From Bacteroidales bacterium (lineage in GTDB: Bacteria > Bacteroidota > Bacteroidia > Bacteroidales > UBA1715), in assembly GCA_031286165.1 (NCBI GenBank), contig JAITUU010000019.1, positions 6,730 to 70,729 on the forward strand: a DNA stretch of 64,000 nt, written 5' to 3'. A program made the position numbers and the translations under genes. The notes under the pieces are model-generated. The model saw only the letters and a list, made by a program, of their open reading frames with translations. It searched no databases and was not told where the DNA came from. Within the stretch, counting starts at the first letter, position 1, and the number at the start of each line of letters is the position of its first letter. This document shows, in pieces, positions 54,242-64,000 of this stretch.

Positions 54242-55837
54242 ATGACCGAATTTAAACCACGTGGTGAAAAACCGTATGAAAAACGAAATTCTGCGAACAC
54301 CCGATTTCAACGCAATGAGTCGAGAGATTCTTACAACACAAAGCGTTCCGAAACACCGAACTACGAGCGAAAACCGCGTTTTTCAAACGAAGAACGCCCC
54401 TACTCGCCCCGCAAATCATATAACGACCGCGAAGCGCGTGGCGAAGGCGCGTTTCCGAAGAAATCGTGGAACAACGATTCTTACGACCGTAAACCTTACG
54501 AGAAAAAATCATGGAACGATAATAATTCCGACCGTAAACCCTACGACCGCTCGGAACGCAAACCGTTTGAACGCAAACCGTTTGAAAATAGAGATTTTGA
54601 CCGCAAACCTTACGACCGTAAGCCATTTGAGAAAAAATCCTTTGAGCGCAAACCTTTCGAGAAAAAATCATGGAACAATGATAATTCCGACCGAAAACCC
54701 TACGACCGCTCGGAGCACAAACCCTTTGAACGCAAACCGTTTGAAAACAGAGATTTTGACCGAAAACCTTACGACCGTAAGCCGTTTGAGAAAAAATCAT
54801 GGGGCGGAGATTCTTCGTTTGAACGCAAACCTTACGAAGGAAAATCATTCGACAAAACTTTCAAAAAATTTGAACGTCCCGATAATTTAGCAGGAAAACG
54901 TCCGGCGTGGTACGAAGGTAAAACCGGTATTTCTCGCCGCAATGAAAGCAGTGCCGACCGGGAAAATTCACGCGAAAATTATCGTCCACGCAGAGAATTT
55001 TCGGAGCAAAAACACCATGCGCCCAAATTGCGTATGCTCGATGTATTTGAAAATAAACTTGACGACCAAGAATTTGCACACGCGCCCGAATTGCGCAAAA
55101 AGGAACAAGAATCAGAAAAAGACGAAGTGCGCTTGAATAAATTTATTGCAAATGCAGGAGTTTGTTCACGCCGCGAGGCTGACGACTTAATTCTTTCGGG
55201 AAAAATTACCATAAACGGTGAAGTAAAAAACACACTCGGCACGCGCATTAATCCAAAAACCGACACGGTGCTTTTCGATGGACAACCCTTGCAATCGCAA
55301 AAGAAAGTGTATATTTTACTCAATAAACCCAAAGATACCATTTCCACCAAAAACGACCCCGAAAACCGCAAAACGGTATATGATATTATTGCCGGTGCGT
55401 GCAGCGAAAACGTGGAGACTGTTGGGCGATTAGACAGAAACACCACCGGCGTATTCTTATTTACCAACGATGGCGATTTGGCGCAAAAAATTCTCCACCC
55501 CAAATTCAATAAAATGAAGATTTATCACGTTCATTTAGATAAAAACCTGAAAGCCGATGATTTTGAAGCAATCGCCGGCGGCGTGGAATTGGATGATGGT
55601 TTGGTGGAAGTAGATGACTTACAATTCGTTGGCAGTGAAAAAAATCAAGTAGGAATACAAATTCACAGTGGAAAAAATCACGTAGTAAAACGAATTTTTG
55701 AGCATTTTGGCTACACGGTTGAAAAATTAGACCGCGTGTATTTTGCCGGATTGACCAAGAAAAATCTTCCTCGCGGGAAATGGCGTTTTTTGAGCCGTAA
55801 AGAAGTGGAAGTTCTCAAACAAGGGTCGTATGAATAA
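54242..55837 (+). CDS. 23S rRNA pseudouridine synthase (RluB/RluF type) with long charged repeat N-terminus
   Basis: S4 domain RLNKFIANAGVCSRREAD, LLNKPKD, VGRLDRNTTG, GKNHVVKRIF. Confidence 0.9.
   Translation: MTEFKPRGEKPYEKRNSANTRFQRNESRDSYNTKRSETPNYERKPRFSNEERPYSPRKSYNDREARGEGAFPKKSWNNDSYDRKPYEKKSWNDNNSDRKPYDRSERKPFERKPFENRDFDRKPYDRKPFEKKSFERKPFEKKSWNNDNSDRKPYDRSEHKPFERKPFENRDFDRKPYDRKPFEKKSWGGDSSFERKPYEGKSFDKTFKKFERPDNLAGKRPAWYEGKTGISRRNESSADRENSRENYRPRREFSEQKHHAPKLRMLDVFENKLDDQEFAHAPELRKKEQESEKDEVRLNKFIANAGVCSRREADDLILSGKITINGEVKNTLGTRINPKTDTVLFDGQPLQSQKKVYILLNKPKDTISTKNDPENRKTVYDIIAGACSENVETVGRLDRNTTGVFLFTNDGDLAQKILHPKFNKMKIYHVHLDKNLKADDFEAIAGGVELDDGLVEVDDLQFVGSEKNQVGIQIHSGKNHVVKRIFEHFGYTVEKLDRVYFAGLTKKNLPRGKWRFLSRKEVEVLKQGSYE
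54500..54800 (+). repeat. Intragenic tandem repeat, 159-bp (53-aa) period, built of RKP(F/Y)(E/D) pentapeptides
   Basis: EKKSWN..NSDRKPYDRSE.KPFERKPFENRDFDRKPYDRKPFEKKS twice (54500 and 54659). Confidence 0.85.
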
Positions 55838-55964
55838 TAATAGATTGCTTCGTTTTTCGCAACGGCATAGCCCTCACCGAAACTAATGACGCTTTTTTAC
55901 ACGTCATTGCGAACGCAGTGAAGCAATCTCGAATGAATAAGGAAGTGGCAAAAAAATAAAAAGT

Positions 55965-56375
55965 ATGAATCGTCTATCGAAATTTTTGTGTGTTCTTTTC
56001 GTATGTACAGCACATTCCGTATATGCGCAAAAAAAAGTGAGTACCGGCGTGTTACATTGTCCAAACACTCATTTTTCCTTCGATACGTTGGGATTTGCAG
56101 CACCGGTTGTACACGAATTTATGTGCATTAACACCGGAGCGCAACCGCTCAAAATTGTGAATATTCGCCCAAGTTGCAGTTGTTCAGTTACACAGTGGGA
56201 CAGACAGCCCATTGCTCCGGGCGATACTACCTACATTTGGGTAAAATACGACAGCCGCCGCAGTGGTGAATTTTTCAAAGATATTACGGTGTATCCCAAT
56301 ACCAAGCAAAAAGAACTGCAACTCAGTATTTCGGGTGTGGTGCGCGACAATCTGCACAAGTTTATTATTGAATAA
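55965..56375 (+). CDS. DUF1573 (Ig-like) exported protein
   Basis: NTGAQPLKIVNIRPSCSCS, PIAPGDT. Confidence 0.85.
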   Translation: MNRLSKFLCVLFVCTAHSVYAQKKVSTGVLHCPNTHFSFDTLGFAAPVVHEFMCINTGAQPLKIVNIRPSCSCSVTQWDRQPIAPGDTTYIWVKYDSRRSGEFFKDITVYPNTKQKELQLSISGVVRDNLHKFIIE

Positions 56376-56382
56376 CAGCGAC

Positions 56383-57225
56383 TTATCGACTTACTGTCCA
56401 CACACTGAAATCAACCTGTGATTTGACGTGTTTTGGCAGTGTGGGGAAAAATGTAATACCTGTTTTTTCCTCTAATTCACGCACTGAAATTGCATAGGTT
56501 GAGAGCGGACGCTTTCCACTTACATTATCGAACACAAAGGCTATGCTATGCCATTCGGCATCGGATTTTCGCAATAGTGCTTTAAAAAATCCCTGAGGCA
56601 CCGCCACATTATGTGCGCCGATTGTTTCATAATTTTCGTTCACCAATGGTCCGCACACTACGAAAATACTGCCATTTTGCGCAGCGAGCGCACGCACTTG
56701 TTTTTCTAAATTTTCCCACACACCGGCATTCAAATTGTGATTTTGCGGACAAATATTGGAAAAATAAAACGATTCGTCCATTGCTTGTTTGCTCCACTTC
56801 ATATCGGCAGCCGGAGCCATGTGCCCCCTATCAAAACCCGATTTTTTGTAATCGGCATCAGTGGCAGTATGCTCCGAAGCAAGCAGAGGGTCGGGCACAA
56901 AATGATTGCTCCGCGATATATCGCCGCCCACTTCGGCACTTGTGAGTTCGTATGCCACCCAATTCGGAATTTTCCAATCGGGATTGTAACTCACCGTGTA
57001 ACCCGTGTGTGTTAAGCAAATTTCACTCCGATTGGGAATTTGCGCAGGAATTTCAACACCCGAAATAGGAATTTGTGAGTCTGTTTCAGTCGTGTGCGTA
57101 GTTACAATCGCGTTTTTTTCGGATTTACTGCTCGTAAATTGATTACTCAAAAACACCACCCCCACCGCAATAAGGGATATGATAAGAAAAATCGGACTTT
57201 TTTGTTTTGACTTATGCGCTTTCAC
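56383..57225 (-). CDS. DNA/RNA non-specific endonuclease (NucA/EndG type)
   Basis: YTVSYN...PNWVAY, DRGHMAP, FYFSNICPQ, LNAGVWENLE. Confidence 0.92.
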   Translation of the reverse strand: MKAHKSKQKSPIFLIISLIAVGVVFLSNQFTSSKSEKNAIVTTHTTETDSQIPISGVEIPAQIPNRSEICLTHTGYTVSYNPDWKIPNWVAYELTSAEVGGDISRSNHFVPDPLLASEHTATDADYKKSGFDRGHMAPAADMKWSKQAMDESFYFSNICPQNHNLNAGVWENLEKQVRALAAQNGSIFVVCGPLVNENYETIGAHNVAVPQGFFKALLRKSDAEWHSIAFVFDNVSGKRPLSTYAISVRELEEKTGITFFPTLPKHVKSQVDFSVWTVSR

Positions 57226-57296
57226 AATAACTGAATAACTGAATAACTGAATAATTAGAAACTAAAAACTGAAACTATGTTACTAACTCCTAAAAA

Positions 57297-58046
57297 TTAA
57301 TCCTTAATTTCCGCACCGCCGAAAGCAACGGAACCTATGATTATGAGTTTTTTAGAGTCGGAAACAGTACCCGAAACTGTGCGAGTATCTTCAATGTTGC
57401 CAAAATTTTGTTCCACATTTCGTTCCACCACCCAATCGCTTGGCACACGAATTTCTATTGCACCAAATTCCACTTTTATGGCAAGCGTTACAGGAGTTTC
57501 GGGCAAACGAGTTTTTCGTAAATCGAGCACAATGCTGCCAAATGAACATTGGAGCGAACCGCCGGTAAATTCTCGTGCCGTAATTTTGTATTTATTGCTG
57601 GCAAAACTGCATTTTTTTTGAATAAATCCTTCTTCCACCTGCACTTTTTCGTGCGCAAAAATTGCTCCTCGCTTGCAACTACACACCGGCACCTGTGGAT
57701 TGCGATATTTTTTTATGGCAATAGCCACACCCGCTATTATGAGCAATATTGCCCAATATTTTGAAGTAAAATCGCTGAAATACACAGGATTGACGTTCGG
57801 AAAAATTTTGGGCAACAATGCCGGCGCAAGAAAAAATAATCCCACCGCCATCACTACGCCGCCGCTCAATCGGCAGCCTTTGGCAAATATGAGCACACCA
57901 CCCACAAACACCAACATTCGCCACGAAAATACTATATATTTCCACTGCGAAGAAATTAAATCTAATTGCAAAACCAAAAGAAATGCACCTATAAAAATGA
58001 GAAGTGCCGCAAACCCAAATTTGTGTAGAAAACTGCTGTTTTTCAT
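57297..58046 (-). CDS. LiaF/DUF2154-like membrane protein
   Basis: Four TMs then FGSIVLDLR...FGAIEIRVPSDW...FGGAEI. Confidence 0.8.
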   Translation of the reverse strand: MKNSSFLHKFGFAALLIFIGAFLLVLQLDLISSQWKYIVFSWRMLVFVGGVLIFAKGCRLSGGVVMAVGLFFLAPALLPKIFPNVNPVYFSDFTSKYWAILLIIAGVAIAIKKYRNPQVPVCSCKRGAIFAHEKVQVEEGFIQKKCSFASNKYKITAREFTGGSLQCSFGSIVLDLRKTRLPETPVTLAIKVEFGAIEIRVPSDWVVERNVEQNFGNIEDTRTVSGTVSDSKKLIIIGSVAFGGAEIKD

Positions 58047-58137
58047 AATTGAACGTTTTTTTATTGTTTGAACCACAAAAATATAATTTATTTTTTACTT
58101 TTGCCGAATTATTGACAATAATACATATAATATAGGT

Positions 58138-60624
58138 ATGGCAAAAAATTTAGTAATTGTGGAATCTCCGGCGAAAGCAAAAACAATAGAACGCTTTTTG
58201 GGAAACGATTATGTGGTGAAATCGAGTTTCGGACACATTCGCGATTTGGCGAAAAAAGGACTTGGCATTAATTTAGCAAATAACTCATACACACCCGATT
58301 ACGAAATTTCTGCCGACAAAAAGAAATTGGTGAGCGAACTCAAAAAAGATGTAAAAAATGCTGAAACAGTATGGCTTGCTTCCGATGAGGACCGCGAAGG
58401 AGAGGCTATTGCGTGGCATTTGTTTGAAACGCTGAATTTAAAAAATACCAATACCAAACGCATTGTATTTCACGAAATTACCAAAGATGCCATTGTTCAT
58501 GCCATACAAAATCCGCGTTCCATAGATTACCAACTTGTAGATGCGCAGCAGGCTCGCCGCGTGCTCGACCGTTTGGTGGGTTTTGAACTTTCTCCTGTGT
58601 TATGGAAAAAAGTAAAACCTGCACTTTCCGCAGGGCGTGTGCAATCGGTTACAGTGCGCATAGTGGTAGATAGAGAGCGCGAAATTATTGGCTTTGAGAG
58701 TACTTCGGCATTCAAAGTTACGGCGATTTTCAATGTTACGCAATCCGAAAAAACATACAGTTTTTCGGCAGAATTGAATAAAAAATTCGATACAGCAGAC
58801 GAGGCAACAGCATTTTTGCAATCGTCCATCGGCGTAAATTTTGTAGTATCGGCGTGCGAACAAAAACCTGCCGCAAAATCGCCGGCACCACCATTCACCA
58901 CATCTACATTGCAGCAAGAAGCAAGCCGAAAACTCGGTTTCCCTGTGGCAAAAACCATGCAAGTAGCGCAACGCCTCTACGAATCAGGGCACATAACCTA
59001 TATGCGTACCGATTCTACCAATCTTTCGGGATTGGCTATCAATACCATAAAAAATCATATTATAACCACTTTTGGCGAACAATACAGTAAAGTACGTCAA
59101 TTTGCTACAAAATCAAAAGGTGCGCAAGAGGCTCACGAGGCTATTCGCCCTACATACGTGGACAACGAACACGTGTCGGCATCGGCAGACGAGCAGCGAT
59201 TGTACGATTTGATTCGCAAACGTACCATAGCATCGCAAATGGCAGATGCCCGATTTGAACGCACTACAATTATTATAGATTGTCCGCAAGCAAAAAACAC
59301 CAACTTTGCTGCAAAAGGCGAAGTAATATTGTTCGATGGATTTTTGAAAGTATATATGGAATCTTCGGACGATGAGAAAGAGGACGAAAATGTGATTTTG
59401 CCTCCGCTCAAAGTTGCCGCGCCGCTTAGTTTACACACTATGCAAGCCGTAGAGCGATTTACTCAGCACCCACCGCGCTACACCGAGGCTACGCTCGTGC
59501 GCAAATTGGAAGAATTGGGAATTGGGCGACCATCGACTTACGCGCCCACTATTTCTACCATTCAAAAACGCGGCTACATAGTAAAAGAAGACCGACCCGG
59601 CAAAGAACGAAGATACAAAACCGTAACACTTGCCAATTCTCGCATACAAACTGCCGAAAAAACCGAAATGTTTGGTGCCGAAAAAGCAAAACTCTTCCCT
59701 ACCGATATGGGAATTGTGGTAAACGACTTTTTATTGAAACACTTTCCTGCCATTTTAGATTTTAATTTCACAGCACACGTAGAAAAAGAATTTGACGACA
59801 TAGCCGAAGGAAAATTGCAGTGGCAAACCATGATAGACCAATTTTACAAACCCTTCCACGCAAGCGTAGATACCACTATGGAAACTTCGGAGCGCGGCAA
59901 TGGCGGACGAGAATTGGGCATAGACCCCGAAAGCGGAAAACCGGTATTGGTGCGCATGGGGCGATTTGGCGCAATGGTACAATTGGGCGAAGCAACCGAA
60001 ACCGAAAAACCGACTTTTGTGAGTTTACCCAAAGGACAACTTATAGAAACCATTACTTTACAAGAAGCACTGAATTTGCTCTATCAACACGATGACAAAC
60101 CGCTGGGTACCGACCCGAAAACCGGCAAAAACGTGTATATCAAAATCGGACGCTTCGGACCCTTTGTGCAACTCGGCGAAACTTCCGATGCCGACAAACG
60201 CTATGTGGGTCTTATGAAAGGGCAATCGCCAGAAACCATTACGCTGCCCGAAGCACTCAAATTGGTTACGTTGCCCAGAGAATTGGGCGAATTTGAAGGC
60301 AAAAAGGTGGAGGTGAACACCGGACGCTTTGGTCCTTTTATTTCTCACAACAAAACCTTTACCTCCATTGGAAAAAATCAACCCGATATTTTTACCATCA
60401 CGCTGGAACAGGCTGTGGAACTGATTAAGCAAAAACGAGAAAAAGACGAAAAACGCCATATCAAATCCTTCCCCGAAGATGCAAAAATCAGCGTAATGCT
60501 CGACCGCTGGGGAAAACCAAGCGTGTATTACAATAAAAAATATTTCAGAATTACCTCTAAGCAAAAGCCCGAAGATGTAACTCTGCAAGATTGCTACGCC
60601 ATTGCCGGAGTGAAAAAGAAATAA
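58138..60624 (+). CDS. topA: DNA topoisomerase I
   Basis: LVIVESPAKAKTI, ASDEDREGE, ITYMRTDS (catalytic Tyr), AHEAIRPT, C-terminal repeats. Confidence 0.97.
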   Translation: MAKNLVIVESPAKAKTIERFLGNDYVVKSSFGHIRDLAKKGLGINLANNSYTPDYEISADKKKLVSELKKDVKNAETVWLASDEDREGEAIAWHLFETLNLKNTNTKRIVFHEITKDAIVHAIQNPRSIDYQLVDAQQARRVLDRLVGFELSPVLWKKVKPALSAGRVQSVTVRIVVDREREIIGFESTSAFKVTAIFNVTQSEKTYSFSAELNKKFDTADEATAFLQSSIGVNFVVSACEQKPAAKSPAPPFTTSTLQQEASRKLGFPVAKTMQVAQRLYESGHITYMRTDSTNLSGLAINTIKNHIITTFGEQYSKVRQFATKSKGAQEAHEAIRPTYVDNEHVSASADEQRLYDLIRKRTIASQMADARFERTTIIIDCPQAKNTNFAAKGEVILFDGFLKVYMESSDDEKEDENVILPPLKVAAPLSLHTMQAVERFTQHPPRYTEATLVRKLEELGIGRPSTYAPTISTIQKRGYIVKEDRPGKERRYKTVTLANSRIQTAEKTEMFGAEKAKLFPTDMGIVVNDFLLKHFPAILDFNFTAHVEKEFDDIAEGKLQWQTMIDQFYKPFHASVDTTMETSERGNGGRELGIDPESGKPVLVRMGRFGAMVQLGEATETEKPTFVSLPKGQLIETITLQEALNLLYQHDDKPLGTDPKTGKNVYIKIGRFGPFVQLGETSDADKRYVGLMKGQSPETITLPEALKLVTLPRELGEFEGKKVEVNTGRFGPFISHNKTFTSIGKNQPDIFTITLEQAVELIKQKREKDEKRHIKSFPEDAKISVMLDRWGKPSVYYNKKYFRITSKQKPEDVTLQDCYAIAGVKKK

Positions 60625-60635
60625 TATATAAGTCA

Positions 60636-61766
60636 ATGAATTTTTCCGACCTACTCACACCCACCACCATATCCACGCAGTTCAATAAACTGCCGGTGGA
60701 TATTCTGCTTTCGTATGAAGATTGCAATTTCTCCGATTATGATGTGTTTATAGTGGGATACGCGGAAGATAGAAATTCCGAAAATGCAGGTGCCGGCACA
60801 GCCGCCGATAGTATTCGCACACAACTATATTCCCTCTTTACTCACAGTAAATCACTAAAAATCTGCGATTTGGGAAATTGCAAATTGGGGAAAACCGTAA
60901 AAGATTCCTATATGATTGTAAAAGAACTCTGCTCGCTGCTCCATTCATATAAAAAACCGCTCATACTCATAGGCGGCACGCAAGAAATTACCTGCACACT
61001 TGCACAAGAGCGGTTAAAAGACGAAGAATTTCCCACCCTTACCTGCATAGATGCAAAAATTGACCTGCACGCCAATGGCGAAGATTTTCACCATACCAAT
61101 TATATAGCACAACTTACGAATACCTATGTTACCATAAAAGTAAACCATATAGCAGTTCAGGAATATTTGTCGCACCCCAATTCATTCGAGTTTTTGACTG
61201 CGCATAATTTTCCGTACATTCGCTTGGGCAATGTGCTGCACAATACCAAACACACCGAACCTATGCTGCGCGAAGCGCAACTTGTGAGTTTCGATACCAC
61301 CGCCCTGCGCGTTTCGGAATTTGATGCCAATCGCGACACGCTACCTGCCGGAGTATATGTAGAAGATGCTTGTCAAATGGCATGGTACGCAGGATTTTCG
61401 CAAGAAATGAATACCTTTGTACTTTCAGAATACAATCCTACCCGTGCAGTGAACTCTTCCTCTTCGGCTGCAATCTGCGCACTCATACTATGGTATGTAC
61501 TCGATGGAATTTCGCAACGAAACCCAATTCCGAACAATCGTTACGAAGATGTGTGTACCATACATTATGTAAAAAACAACGTAATGGAGCACGATGTGCG
61601 ATTTTTTGAACACACGGTGAGTAAACAAATGTGGGTGGAATTACCCCTGCCCGATTACAATACCAAACGAATTTTACCTTGTAGTTTCAGTGATTATCAA
61701 TTATTTTCACACGGAGAAATACCCGAAAATTGGATTATGGAACTGCGCCGCGCAAATAAAAGATAA
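60636..61766 (+). CDS. Arginase/formimidoylglutamase-family protein (metal ligands partly degenerate)
   Basis: DLGN, IGGTQE, IDAKID, G...EDACQMAWYAG. Confidence 0.75.
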   Translation: MNFSDLLTPTTISTQFNKLPVDILLSYEDCNFSDYDVFIVGYAEDRNSENAGAGTAADSIRTQLYSLFTHSKSLKICDLGNCKLGKTVKDSYMIVKELCSLLHSYKKPLILIGGTQEITCTLAQERLKDEEFPTLTCIDAKIDLHANGEDFHHTNYIAQLTNTYVTIKVNHIAVQEYLSHPNSFEFLTAHNFPYIRLGNVLHNTKHTEPMLREAQLVSFDTTALRVSEFDANRDTLPAGVYVEDACQMAWYAGFSQEMNTFVLSEYNPTRAVNSSSSAAICALILWYVLDGISQRNPIPNNRYEDVCTIHYVKNNVMEHDVRFFEHTVSKQMWVELPLPDYNTKRILPCSFSDYQLFSHGEIPENWIMELRRANKR

Positions 61767-61854
61767 AAATTTCGCAGAATTTTCATGAAACTCTTGCATT
61801 GTGATTTTTTTTTCATTTCCTTTACCTGCTAAAAATTCAACACTTCATACCGAT

Positions 61855-62817
61855 ATGAATTTCCAAACAATAGTGCTCATTTGTATTAGTTTGCTGTTTT
61901 CCACAAGCATTGCTTTTGGGCAGCAAATTCCGCGTAGCACTTTGTATAAATACCAACAAGTATCTTTCAACCCTGCCATTGCCGGAATTGGCAATTTGGG
62001 AAATGCGCAAATAGTAAATCGCAATCAATTCATGGGCTTACCCGAAGGCAGCGGACCGCGTGCCACATGGCTCAATGTAGATATGCCCATAAAACAAATC
62101 AACAGCGGCGTAGGAGTAAGCGTTAATCAACTTGGTCAAGGATTTGAAAATCGCCTGATTTTAAAAGCAAACTACGCATATTTCCTTGATTTAGGCGGCA
62201 ATCAATTAGGCTTCGGGCTGAGTGCCGGCATCAATTCCATAGGCTGGGACGTAAAAAATCCGGTGTATCCCGGCGGCGGTACCAACGATAATTTTATAGA
62301 CCAAATCACCGCACAGAAAAATTACATCAATCCGATTTTCGGATTTGGAACTTGTTACAGAACACCGCAGTTTTACACATCGTTTGCAATTTCGGAACTC
62401 AATAATCCCAAATTGAAGCTACAAAACAAAAGAATAGACTACTTCAATCGTACCTATTGGCTGGCTGTGGGCTACGATTATAAACCTACAAATCCGGAGT
62501 GGACAATTAAAACTGCCGCCCTTGTAAAAAGCACTTTTGTTGCAACTCAACTCAGTTTTGACCTGATTACAGAATATAAAAGTTTTTTAATGGGTGGAAT
62601 TACGTACACAAGTTCTAATGATTTGTCGCCAATTTTTGGAGTACAATTCAATAATGGGGGTAAATTAGATGGTCTTATGGCATTAATTTCGTATGATATT
62701 ATGATGTCGAAAATGAATACGCAAAGTTCTGGTAATCTTGAATTTATGCTAAGTTACAGTTTCACAATCGGCATTGAAAAAGAAAATAAAACGTATAAAA
62801 GTGTAAGATTTTTATAG
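61855..62817 (+). CDS. porP: Type IX secretion PorP/SprF-family membrane protein
   Basis: FNPAIAG...RNQFMG...GVG; beta-barrel pattern; precedes gldK/porK. Confidence 0.85.
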   Translation: MNFQTIVLICISLLFSTSIAFGQQIPRSTLYKYQQVSFNPAIAGIGNLGNAQIVNRNQFMGLPEGSGPRATWLNVDMPIKQINSGVGVSVNQLGQGFENRLILKANYAYFLDLGGNQLGFGLSAGINSIGWDVKNPVYPGGGTNDNFIDQITAQKNYINPIFGFGTCYRTPQFYTSFAISELNNPKLKLQNKRIDYFNRTYWLAVGYDYKPTNPEWTIKTAALVKSTFVATQLSFDLITEYKSFLMGGITYTSSNDLSPIFGVQFNNGGKLDGLMALISYDIMMSKMNTQSSGNLEFMLSYSFTIGIEKENKTYKSVRFL

Positions 62818-62877
62818 GAAACAATAGGAAAATAAAAAATAGTTATTAAATTGCAAATTATTTTAAAAAGAGTGCAT

Positions 62878-64000
62878 ATGAAAAAAGTATTGTTCTTTAG
62901 TTCGATTATTCTTTTACTGGGTAGTTGTTCACAGTATCAATCAGGCGAAGTTCTTGGAGCCTCAAACCGTCCGGTTTGGTCCAATGAAGTTCCATTTGGA
63001 ATGTTGTATATTCCTATGGGGAGTTTAACCGTTGGTCCAAGCGACCAAGACGTACCATGGGCGCATACAGCACAAAACCGTTCAATTTCATTACAATCGT
63101 ATTGGATGGACGAAACAGAAATTACCAACAATGAGTACCGTCAATTCGTGGAATGGGTGCGCGACTCGTTGGCATACGTAAAATTGCGTGATGACGGTGG
63201 TAGAGAAGAATTTTTTATAACCACAAACAGATTCGGAGAGGATTTGGAGGAAGAAGACCAACCCATTAATTGGTCAATGCCGATAGATTGGAACGAAGCG
63301 GAAACGCGCGAAGTGTTAGCCGATATGTTTTTGCAAGGCGAAGAGCGTTTCTATAAAAGGTCAGAACTTGATGCTCGACAGTTGAACTATGTGTTCTATT
63401 GGATGGATTTGAAACAAGCCGCACAAAAACATAATATGAACGGAAAATCTACCCGTGCGTTCAATTTTAAAACAAAAAAATATGAAGGCGAAGTGCTTCG
63501 TGCCGATGGTACAACAGTTGCCATCAAAGACCGTTCCTCATATATTATACGTGAAGAAGTAAACGTATATCCCGACACACTTTGCTGGGTACACGATTTT
63601 ACCTATTCATACAACGACCCTATGACCTCAATGTATTTCTGGCATCCGGCATACGACAACTATCCCGTGGTAGGTGTTTCTTGGGTGCAATCCACAGCAT
63701 TTAACGTATGGAGAACACAATTGCGCAATGGATATTTGCGCAGTGTAGGAAAAGTTATAGTGAACGATTACCGACTTCCTACCGAAGCAGAGTGGGAATA
63801 TGCGGCGCGTTGCGGATTAGCATCTTCTCCATATCCATGGGGTGGTAACTACACACGTAACTATTTAGGTTGTTTTATAGCCAACTTTAAACCTATGCGT
63901 GGTAACTACACCGATGACGGAGGTATTCACACCGTAATAGTGGCGCACTACGAACCAAACGAATGGGGATTGTATGATATGGCAGGAAACGTTGCGGAAT
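62878..64000 (+). CDS. gldK: T9SS/gliding lipoprotein GldK/PorK (3' end outside window; missed by the ORF track)
   Basis: Lipobox LGSC; FGMLYIPMG...WMDETEITNNEYRQFV...YPVVGVSW...RLPTEAEWEYAAR...GLYDMAGNVAE. Confidence 0.92.
   Translation, partial: MKKVLFFSSIILLLGSCSQYQSGEVLGASNRPVWSNEVPFGMLYIPMGSLTVGPSDQDVPWAHTAQNRSISLQSYWMDETEITNNEYRQFVEWVRDSLAYVKLRDDGGREEFFITTNRFGEDLEEEDQPINWSMPIDWNEAETREVLADMFLQGEERFYKRSELDARQLNYVFYWMDLKQAAQKHNMNGKSTRAFNFKTKKYEGEVLRADGTTVAIKDRSSYIIREEVNVYPDTLCWVHDFTYSYNDPMTSMYFWHPAYDNYPVVGVSWVQSTAFNVWRTQLRNGYLRSVGKVIVNDYRLPTEAEWEYAARCGLASSPYPWGGNYTRNYLGCFIANFKPMRGNYTDDGGIHTVIVAHYEPNEWGLYDMAGNVAE

Overview
This 64 kb window is Bacteroidota (Bacteroidales-like) chromosome. 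The backbone carries housekeeping genes (parA/parB, obgE, adk, hpt, pyrD, secG, prs, dapA, topA, tRNA-Phe, tmRNA, T9SS porP/gldK), a solitary MmeI-type restriction-modification gene and a membrane adenylate cyclase-HD protein. The main feature is a ~21.1 kb element integrated at the 3' end of tmRNA, bounded by a 25-bp direct repeat (31556-31580 and 52651-52675). It encodes a tyrosine integrase, an XRE repressor with a triple operator, a CHC2-Toprim-P-loop primase-helicase next to a P4-like octamer-repeat origin, an FtsK/HerA(A32)-type ATPase, a beta-rich capsid-protein candidate, about 12 single-pass membrane proteins, a membrane-anchored HEXXH protease, an annexin-like protein, a spike and lysis genes. 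I see no terminase, portal, HK97 capsid or tail genes, so the best reading is a tailless, internal-membrane (Varidnaviria-like) provirus; this is inferred from motifs and gene context, not from database searches. Inside it are self-contained cargo cassettes. Two of them carry unrelated genes between homologous promoter and terminator flanks, plus an upstream 15-nt sequence complementary to their own terminator, which could be a long-range antiterminator. A tandem toxin-antitoxin array reuses one antitoxin N-terminus with different C-termini and toxins.
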